DNA of 24,293 nt from a virus. Taxonomy: Duplodnaviria; Caudoviricetes. Below are positions 17,864-24,293 of the stretch, piece after piece (the stretch's first letter is position 1; each line of letters starts with the position of its first letter). The notes under the pieces were generated by a model, which was not told the origin of the DNA, did no database searches, and saw nothing but the letters and a program-made list of their open reading frames with translations. Where the stretch lies: the IMG/VR virus record IMGVR_UViG_3300048598_000221, positions 1 through 24,293 of that record; one strand, written 5' to 3'. The translations under genes and the position numbers were made by a program.

Positions 17864-18039
17864 CCACAGGACAAAAGCTCGCCCGCAAACTGCGAAAACT
17901 GGCCGACCTCATCGACCCGCGAGTCTTGCCATCGCAAGAACAGACGATCCGCCTCAATGTGGACGCGGCCGACGCTGAGAAGGTTCTCGAAGCGTTCGCG
18001 GAGCGCGTCAGGGCGTTGAAAAAGGATCTTCCCCGATGA
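17860..18039 (+). CDS. Small hypothetical protein (59 aa), absent from the ORF track
   Basis: MTTGQKLARKLRKLADLIDPRVLPSQEQTIRLNVDAADAEKVLEAFAERVRALKKDLPR; ATGA overlaps at both ends. Confidence 0.7.
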   Translation: MTTGQKLARKLRKLADLIDPRVLPSQEQTIRLNVDAADAEKVLEAFAERVRALKKDLPR

Positions 18040-18494
18040 AGCTCAACCTCGGCGCGTCGGACCAGGCAATCCCGGGTTTTCTCTCGGTGGATATCTGCCC
18101 TCCCGCCGATATCGTTGCTGACCTTTCGAAACCCTGGCCCTGGCCGGACTCAAGCGTGGATGAAGTGCTCTCGTCGCACCTGTTTGAGCACCTACCATCC
18201 AGAGTTCACACGATGAACGAGCTTCACCGCGTGTTGAAGCCGGGTGCCCGCGCGCGGATTATCGTGCCCAGCGCAACCAAAGGCGCGGGCTATGCGCAGG
18301 ACCCGACGCATGTCTCGCCGTGGTGCATGAACTCCTTCCAGTATTTCGAGGCGGGCACGCTCGCTCATACGCGGCTGGCGCGGGCCTACGGCATCACCGC
18401 GGCCTTTCGCGTGATCGAACTGCGAGAGGACTCGTATCAGGACGTGAGGGAACCGGTCTACGTGGTTTCGGCGCTCTTGGAGGCTGTGAAATGA
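18036..18494 (+). CDS. Class I SAM-dependent methyltransferase
   Basis: KLNLGAS, VD, WPWPDSSVDEV, HLFEHL, ELHRVLKPG, DPTH. Confidence 0.88.
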   Translation: MKLNLGASDQAIPGFLSVDICPPADIVADLSKPWPWPDSSVDEVLSSHLFEHLPSRVHTMNELHRVLKPGARARIIVPSATKGAGYAQDPTHVSPWCMNSFQYFEAGTLAHTRLARAYGITAAFRVIELREDSYQDVREPVYVVSALLEAVK

Positions 18495-18736
18495 ATTGGT
18501 TTCTAGGAACTGAAACAAGGAAGAAAAGTATTAGATTGTCTCTGGAAGACGCGATGAAAATCGCTAACCTTTCCTGCCCGACGACGACCTACTCTGACGA
18601 CGGCAGGGCAGTCTGCAGTGAATGTGGCGGTGTTTCCCTGTGCGCCTCCCCAATCATTGAGCAGCATGCAAAAGACTGCCCGGGCCTGCTGAGATCTGAA
18701 ACAACCAGACGGTTGCTTATCGAGGCGCTGAAGTAA
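18491..18736 (+). CDS. Small putative Zn-binding protein (81 aa)
   Basis: ATGA overlap upstream, TAATG downstream; CSECGG...HAKDC. Confidence 0.65.
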   Translation: MNWFLGTETRKKSIRLSLEDAMKIANLSCPTTTYSDDGRAVCSECGGVSLCASPIIEQHAKDCPGLLRSETTRRLLIEALK

Positions 18737-19395
18737 TGGGCCTGTCCGTCATCATCCCGAGCAAGTCGGCGTCGAACCTGATTCCCTGTCTGGGCGCGAT
18801 TCACGCGAATGATCCCCGTGCGTGGTCGCGGGTAATCGTAATGGATGATGGGACCGGGCTATCTCAAGATGAACTCTTCCCGGCAATCAGCCAGGCCTGC
18901 CCCAAGCCATTCATCTTCGCCCGTAACTGCAACCTTGGCATCGTTGCGGCTGGCGATGACGACGTGATCCTTTTGAACGACGACGCTCTGCTGCACACGC
19001 CGGGTGGGTTCACGTCGATGCAACGGGCCGCGCAAGAGCACCCGGAGTTTGGCGTGATCTCCGCCACGACTAATGTCGCGGGCAATCCGGAGCAATTTCC
19101 CCGTCGCGTTGGGCTTCGTGAGGTGTCGGGCCCGGTCGCCTTCATCTGCGTTCTGATCCCACGCCGAACCATCGAATTGGTTGGGCTGCTCGACGAGCGC
19201 TTTACCGCCTACGGCTGGGAAGACAACGATTACTGCCGGCGGGTGAGAATGGCGGGATTGAAAGTGGGCGTTTTTGACGGTTGCTACGTTGATCATGGCT
19301 CGCTCGCAAGTACGTTCCGCGGCGCCCCGCATGCCGCGGGCGACATTTCGCAGGGTGCGACGATCTATCAACAAAAATGGGGCGATCTGCTATGA
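18736..19395 (+). CDS. Family 2 glycosyltransferase
   Basis: LSVIIPS, VIVMDDG, FARNCNLG, ILLNDD, LLDERF, GWEDNDYCRR. Confidence 0.92.
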   Translation: MGLSVIIPSKSASNLIPCLGAIHANDPRAWSRVIVMDDGTGLSQDELFPAISQACPKPFIFARNCNLGIVAAGDDDVILLNDDALLHTPGGFTSMQRAAQEHPEFGVISATTNVAGNPEQFPRRVGLREVSGPVAFICVLIPRRTIELVGLLDERFTAYGWEDNDYCRRVRMAGLKVGVFDGCYVDHGSLASTFRGAPHAAGDISQGATIYQQKWGDLL

Positions 19396-19958
19396 GCCTC
19401 ACGTTGGTTGTGGTCGCGAAAGACCTCGCCGATCTCCGGGCGTTCGACCTTGCGAATTGCGACGCCGAAGAGACCGTGCTCGTAGCGAACACCGGACGGA
19501 CGCCATTGTCGGTGATTGGCAACCATTACCTGGATCATGCCCGCACACCGATCGTGGGGCTGGTGCATGCGGATACCTGGTTCGGGCCGGGTGCGCTCTG
19601 CGCGTTCACGATGGAGGCCTTCGCCGGATCGGTCTGTGGGCTGGTCGGCATCGACTCGGATGCGACCTATCGCTGGTCGGACAAGAACCCCGGCGCCGTG
19701 TCGACGCTCGATTCCTGCAGTGTCTTTTTGCGCCGCGATTTGGGCTTGCATTTCGATGAACAGACGCTCAATTCATTGCATCTTCACGTCGAGGATCTGT
19801 GCCTGTCGGCGCACCTGTCCGGGGTTCCCGTCGTAGTGCCGAAGGCGCAAGCCCAGCACCGCAGTGCAGCGCCGCGGCCCGAATGGTTGGAGGAGTATTG
19901 GCGTTACCGGAATCTTCTCGGGGCCAAGTGGTCGGGGATGGAGTTCAGAACGACATGA
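19392..19958 (+). CDS. GT-A fold glycosyltransferase-like protein
   Basis: IVGLVHADTWF (DxD-like), GLVG, VSTLDSC, HFDE, HLHVEDLCLSA; ATGA overlap. Confidence 0.7.
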   Translation: MSLTLVVVAKDLADLRAFDLANCDAEETVLVANTGRTPLSVIGNHYLDHARTPIVGLVHADTWFGPGALCAFTMEAFAGSVCGLVGIDSDATYRWSDKNPGAVSTLDSCSVFLRRDLGLHFDEQTLNSLHLHVEDLCLSAHLSGVPVVVPKAQAQHRSAAPRPEWLEEYWRYRNLLGAKWSGMEFRTT

Positions 19959-20662
19959 CCTGGGGATTGCTTCGCGTGAAAAATGAGGCGCGGTGGATTG
20001 AGCGGGCGATTGTCTCAATCTGCCCGATCTGCGATCGCATCCTGGTTCTCGACGATCACTCGACCGACGGGACGCCGGAAATCTGCGCCGCCGCCGGGTG
20101 CACAGTCTTCCGCTCGGAGTTCGAGGGCGTTCGGGAAGCGCGCGATAAGGACTGGCTCCTTGCCCGCTGCTGGGAGGCGGGCGCGGCCGTCGGCGACTGC
20201 TGTTTGATGATTGACGGCGACGAGGCCCTGCACCTCGATGACGTTGGCGAGCTGCGAAAGGCGATTGCGCGCGGGGTGATCTGTGGCTCCATGCGCATCG
20301 TCTACCTCTGGGATCGCGAGGACCAGGCGCGCGTCGATGGAGTCTATCGTCGTTTCCGCCGGCCGTCGCTATTCCGGCTGACCCATCGCGGGCTCTCGTT
20401 CCTGCGCACTGGGAACGGCGGCGAGTTCCATTGCTCTTCCGTGCCGGCCGACCTGTTGCAGTTCTCCGAGGCACTCCCGGTGCGGTTGCTGCACTACGGC
20501 TACATGTTGGGCGAGGATCGAATTCGAAAATACAACTGGTACAACCAGATCGATCCGCGCAACCGCTTTGAGGATGGCTATCGCCACATCGTGATCGGAG
20601 ACATTTTCCCCGCGGAGTCGGTGTTTCGTCACGCCGGGCCGCTCGAATTGGAGAAGATCTGA
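19955..20662 (+). CDS. Family 2 glycosyltransferase
   Basis: RVKNEARWI, VLDDHSTDGT, MIDGDE, LLHYGY; ATGA overlap gives start 19955. Confidence 0.9.
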   Translation: MTWGLLRVKNEARWIERAIVSICPICDRILVLDDHSTDGTPEICAAAGCTVFRSEFEGVREARDKDWLLARCWEAGAAVGDCCLMIDGDEALHLDDVGELRKAIARGVICGSMRIVYLWDREDQARVDGVYRRFRRPSLFRLTHRGLSFLRTGNGGEFHCSSVPADLLQFSEALPVRLLHYGYMLGEDRIRKYNWYNQIDPRNRFEDGYRHIVIGDIFPAESVFRHAGPLELEKI

Positions 20663-21360
20663 TGTTTCCTGCATTCGGCGGAATCGGTCCCTACGGCAGC
20701 TACGGGAATCTGGGGATCTACGGCGCTCTGGTCGCCTACGGCAGTGAATCACTCACCGAGACTTCGCCTCGTCAGATCTTTAATGAGCCGTTGACGGTGG
20801 CGCAGGTCAAAGCCTACCTGCATCTGCCGGAACGCTCGCCCGTCGATCCGGAGGAAGAGGACCTTCTCGCCGGGATGATTATGGCCGCGCGCGAGCAGGC
20901 CGAGATCCTGCAGGGCCGCGACCTGGTGGTAAAGCAATTCGATCGAGCGCATGACTATTGGCCGTCGTATCGAATCGAGCTGCGTGCTCCGCTCGTCTCG
21001 GTCGACCGTGTCGAATATAAGAATTCTGACGGCATTGTCACGGTCATGACAGAGAACGATGACTATGTTGTGGACTGTTCGAAGCAGCCAGGCATCATCG
21101 TGCCCCCGTACAATGCGACGTGGCCCGTCTTCGCGTGCTGGCCATCCTCTGCGATTCTGATCAGGTTCAAGAGTGGATACTCGCCGGATTCGGCATTCTG
21201 GTCGGACGCCGGCGCGCGCATCAGGATCGGGATGCGGCTGCTCATCTCCGCGTGGTTCAACGGCCGGCTCCCGTTTGAAAAAGGCGTAGACGCAACGAGC
21301 GAATACCCCTACGCGGTGACGTCCTGCCTCAGTTACGGATCGATGGTGAGGGCCCGTTAG
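20662..21360 (+). CDS. Head-tail connector (gp6-like) with Gly/Tyr-rich N-terminal extension
   Basis: EPLTVAQVKAYL, AAREQAE, PLVSVDRVEY, IRFKSGY, LLISAWFNGR. Confidence 0.88.
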   Translation: MFPAFGGIGPYGSYGNLGIYGALVAYGSESLTETSPRQIFNEPLTVAQVKAYLHLPERSPVDPEEEDLLAGMIMAAREQAEILQGRDLVVKQFDRAHDYWPSYRIELRAPLVSVDRVEYKNSDGIVTVMTENDDYVVDCSKQPGIIVPPYNATWPVFACWPSSAILIRFKSGYSPDSAFWSDAGARIRIGMRLLISAWFNGRLPFEKGVDATSEYPYAVTSCLSYGSMVRAR

Positions 21361-21361
21361 G

Positions 21362-21697
21362 ATGAGTTGGCCAGCGATAGATCCCGGCCGGATGGTGCAT
21401 CAGATCCGGATCCAGCGCCAGCAGGCGTCGTCCGACATTTCCGGGGCGACCACAGTGTGGGTTGATTTTCTGGCCTGCCGTGGCGCGATCGATCCGGTGC
21501 GCGGAGCGGACGTCATCAAAAGCGGGCAGGACACTACGCAGCTCTTCTCGATCGTCACGATTTGGTGGCAAGCGGGCATTCTGCCCAATATGCGCCTCGT
21601 TGCGAACGGCCGCACACATATCATTCAGTCGGCCGACGACCCGGGCGAGCGCCACGTGATCCTCAAGCTGAACTGCCTGGCGTTGGGCAACCAATAG
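21362..21697 (+). CDS. Head closure / head-tail adaptor
   Basis: PGRMVHQIRIQR, size 111 aa, position after connector. Confidence 0.85.
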   Translation: MSWPAIDPGRMVHQIRIQRQQASSDISGATTVWVDFLACRGAIDPVRGADVIKSGQDTTQLFSIVTIWWQAGILPNMRLVANGRTHIIQSADDPGERHVILKLNCLALGNQ

Positions 21698-22135
21698 ATG
21701 GACCTAAGCATCAAGGTCGACGGGTTGAAAGAGCTGGAGGATTCGCTGGCGTCGTTTGCGCCCAACCTGGTGCGCGCGTGCTTTCGCGAGGCGATGAAGG
21801 AAGCCGCGGCGCCTCAGGTAACTGCCGCCAAGCTGCGGGCCCCCGTGATGCGTAAGAGCACCAAACGGCGTCGGGCCGGGGCGTTGCGAGACTCCATCAT
21901 CGCCAACGTGAAGCTCTATCGGGGTTCGGTCTACGCTACTGTCGGTCCCGAGAGGAAGCCCGGCGAGGGCCGTCAAGGACCCGGAACATGGGGCTTGATG
22001 GAAGAGTTTGGCAGCGTGCACAATCCACCGCAGCCGTATCTGCGGCCCGGGTTCGACAGTGCGAAGCATGAATCGGTAAGCCGATTCGCCGCGGTTCTGA
22101 AAGAACGCATCGCCAGGATGAAGAGTCGCAAATGA
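21698..22135 (+). CDS. HK97 gp10-family neck protein
   Basis: IKVDGLKEL, GALRDSI, EFGSVHNPPQPYLRPGFD. Confidence 0.9.
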   Translation: MDLSIKVDGLKELEDSLASFAPNLVRACFREAMKEAAAPQVTAAKLRAPVMRKSTKRRRAGALRDSIIANVKLYRGSVYATVGPERKPGEGRQGPGTWGLMEEFGSVHNPPQPYLRPGFDSAKHESVSRFAAVLKERIARMKSRK

Positions 22136-22527
22136 TAGAGCAGGGTTTGTCGCTCCTGATCCAAGCGGATCCCACTGTGCGCGCTCTCTGCCCCGAGGGT
22201 GGATTCATGTCGATCCTGCCCGAAGGCCAGAGGCTCCCGGCATGGACCTACTTTGTTGTTTCCGATCCTGGACACTACGTTCTGGACCAGGTGAACAAAT
22301 TCGGCGACGCCAGGATCCAGATCGATTGCTATGGGAACACGGCGGCCGAGGCGATGGCGCTCGCAACTGCAATCGACGACGTGCTGAGCGGGTATAAGGG
22401 CGTGCTCGCTGATGCCGACGCGACTCGCGTCGCCGGGGCCTTTCGCAACAACAAAATCGACTTTTTTGACGACGCCTCGCGCACTTACAGGCGCCTGCTG
22501 GAATACACCGTCTGGTCGTACGACTGA
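22132..22527 (+). CDS. Tail completion/terminator protein (DUF3168-like)
   Basis: PAWTYFVVS, RIQIDCYG, position before tail tube. Confidence 0.85.
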   Translation: MIEQGLSLLIQADPTVRALCPEGGFMSILPEGQRLPAWTYFVVSDPGHYVLDQVNKFGDARIQIDCYGNTAAEAMALATAIDDVLSGYKGVLADADATRVAGAFRNNKIDFFDDASRTYRRLLEYTVWSYD

Positions 22528-22541
22528 CTGAAGGAGAAAAT

Positions 22542-22988
22542 ATGTCCGCCACACAAGGAACCACTGGCTACGGAGCAACGCTTTGGATTGGAGCGACTAT
22601 CTCCAGTCCGCAGACGTTCGTTCAAGTGCTCGAGATCAAGTCGATCAAGATGCCGGACCGCGCCCTCGGTACGGTCGACGCGACGACGCTGCAATCGCCG
22701 GGGGCAATTCAAGAAAAATTGCCGACGACCATCGCGCCGGGCACGCTGGAAATCACCGGCAACTACATCGCCGATGCGACGCAGCAGATCTTTGATACGG
22801 CACAGTACGGGCGCACGCTGATCGCATGGAAGACCACCGCCCCTGTCGCCGGCGGGACGAAGGTCAGCACCCATAGCGGCGTTGGCTATGTGGCCAAGGT
22901 TGGCAAGGGACCATACGAGATCGACAAGCCGATCGACATCACGGTCAGCATCGAAGTCACCGGCGTTGTTACCGAGGTGGTCGCGTAA
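22542..22988 (+). CDS. Major tail tube protein
   Basis: TVDATTLQSPG...PGTLEITGNY, GYV, SIEVTG; AAGGAG SD; expected position. Confidence 0.85.
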   Translation: MSATQGTTGYGATLWIGATISSPQTFVQVLEIKSIKMPDRALGTVDATTLQSPGAIQEKLPTTIAPGTLEITGNYIADATQQIFDTAQYGRTLIAWKTTAPVAGGTKVSTHSGVGYVAKVGKGPYEIDKPIDITVSIEVTGVVTEVVA

Positions 22989-22989
22989 C

Positions 22990-23340
22990 ATGCCCCAGAC
23001 TGACAAGCTGATCCGGAAGGTCGAACTGAAAATCGATGGACGGCTCTGGCCCATCGTGGTCGATCACGAACTGCTCATCGAACTCGAAGACCTTACCGGG
23101 CTCAACGTCTTGACCGGCCAGGTTAATTTGTCAAAGCCGAGCGCGAGGCTATTGCGCGACTTCCTCTATCTCGCGCTGAAGCGCGCCGGCGCCAATTACT
23201 CGCAGAAAGACGTGTCGGGTCGAATCAATCCAGGAAACATCATCCGGATCCAGGAGGCGCTGCTGGCCGCCTGGTCGGCGTCGATGCCAGAGCCCGAGCC
23301 CGAACCGCCTGAAAACCCTACCCCAGCGGCGGGCGCATAA
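22990..23340 (+). CDS. Tail assembly chaperone (gpG-like)
   Basis: ATG 1 nt after tail tube stop; lies between tail tube and tape measure; slippery site near its 3' end. Confidence 0.8.
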   Translation: MPQTDKLIRKVELKIDGRLWPIVVDHELLIELEDLTGLNVLTGQVNLSKPSARLLRDFLYLALKRAGANYSQKDVSGRINPGNIIRIQEALLAAWSASMPEPEPEPPENPTPAAGA

Positions 23341-23657
23341 GCCCACCGCTCACCTGGACCGACGCGTGGGCCATCGCTCGCCATGATTTCGGGCTGACAA
23401 CCGAGGAATGGCTGGCGATGACCCCACGCATGATTCACGCGCTGCAGAAGCGGCGGCTTGAGCAGATGCAACGCGAAGAAATACTGGTCGGCATTGTGGC
23501 CAGCACGACGGCGAATTTTTCCATGGGCGCGCCAAAGCGTCCCTTGCGCGCCGAAGACTTCATGCTCCACCCGATCAAAAACACCATCGAATCGAAGGCT
23601 GTTACCGCCGAAGAGATTCGCGCGGTGTTCGCTCACTTCAAGCAACCGGAGGCGTAA
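23313..23657 (+). CDS. Tail assembly chaperone extension (gpT-like), read by -1 frameshift
   Basis: -1 frame open from 23313 (TGA at 23310): KPYPSGGRISPPLTWTDAWAIARHDFGLTTEEWLAMTPR...; heptamer A AAC CCT at 23313-23319. Confidence 0.78.
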   Translation, partial: KPYPSGGRISPPLTWTDAWAIARHDFGLTTEEWLAMTPRMIHALQKRRLEQMQREEILVGIVASTTANFSMGAPKRPLRAEDFMLHPIKNTIESKAVTAEEIRAVFAHFKQPEA

Positions 23658-24293
23658 TGGCTGTTACCGTTGGGTCACTCATCATCGATCTGGCCGCCAA
23701 TACCGCTTCGTTTTCGAAGTCGATGGACAAGGCTTCGCAGTTGTCCGCGAAGACTGCGAACGACATCAAGCGTTCACTGGAGCGCATTGCGGTCGCCGGC
23801 ATTGCCATGGGCACGGCCATCGCCACCGGGACGACCGCTCTGGTAACGCATACGACGAACACGATCGCCGCGCTCGCGCATCTCAGTGAGGCGTCCGGCG
23901 CGGCGATCGCGACGTTGTCCGTCATGAACCGGGCAGCCGAGGATGTCGGTGTTTCGACGGAAGATCTAGGCAAGGGACTGGTCAAGCTGGCGAAATCGGC
24001 GTATGCCGCGCAGTCAGGCAATGCCGACCTGGCGAAAACGTTCAAGGAAACCTTGGGAGTCAGCGTTGCGGACGGCAATGGACGTTTGAAAGACACCGGG
24101 ACCATCATGTCCGAGATCGCGCCGCGCTTCGCCGATATGGCAGAGGGGACCGGGAAGACCGCGCTTGCCCTCCAGTTGTTTGGGAAGGCGGGCGCGGGGC
24201 TGATCCCATTCCTCAACGAATGGGGCCGCAACCAGGACGAAATCACCGAGTCCAGCCAGAGGCTCGGACTGGTGATCGGAAGCGAAACGGCAG
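23657..24293 (+). CDS. Tail tape measure protein, 3' partial
   Basis: TAATG overlap, GGAGG SD; MAVTVGSLIIDLAANTASFSKSMDKA..., Ala-rich, ALALQLFGKAGAGLIPFLN; open to window end. Confidence 0.92.
   Translation, partial: MAVTVGSLIIDLAANTASFSKSMDKASQLSAKTANDIKRSLERIAVAGIAMGTAIATGTTALVTHTTNTIAALAHLSEASGAAIATLSVMNRAAEDVGVSTEDLGKGLVKLAKSAYAAQSGNADLAKTFKETLGVSVADGNGRLKDTGTIMSEIAPRFADMAEGTGKTALALQLFGKAGAGLIPFLNEWGRNQDEITESSQRLGLVIGSETA

Noticed and set aside
19799-19954. Longest-ORF starts in the track (19799; also 2677, 3002, 3888, 4330, 7683, 10476, 18320, 22882)
   Set aside because: They overlap upstream genes or lack an SD; downstream starts with stop/start coupling or SD fit better

Overview
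The window is one co-oriented (+ strand), tightly packed segment of a tailed phage or prophage with HK97-like siphovirus organisation. 1-3745: an array-less type IV-B CRISPR-Cas-like effector module (csf1 partial, cas11, csf2/cas7, cysH-like, an inserted HTH gene, csf3/cas5). 3745-9923: early/replication genes (DUF4031-like, nucleoside deoxyribosyltransferase-like, large ParB, HNH, replication initiator, Zn-finger, Xis-like HTH). 9874-10046: a probable late-control switch with four 10-bp-phased direct repeats, an extended -10 and a leader carrying UUCG and GCAA tetraloop hairpins. 10518-16984: HNH, probable cos region, terminases, portal, protease, capsid. 17074-20662: four glycosyltransferase-like genes and a methyltransferase inserted between the capsid and head-tail connector genes; the first glycosyltransferase appears reachable in full only by a +1 frameshift from a small post-capsid gene. 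20662-end: neck and tail genes, a tail chaperone -1 frameshift and a partial tape measure gene. No CRISPR array, cas1/2/6, integrase, lysis or tRNA/rRNA genes were seen. All family calls come from motif recognition by eye, not from database searches.
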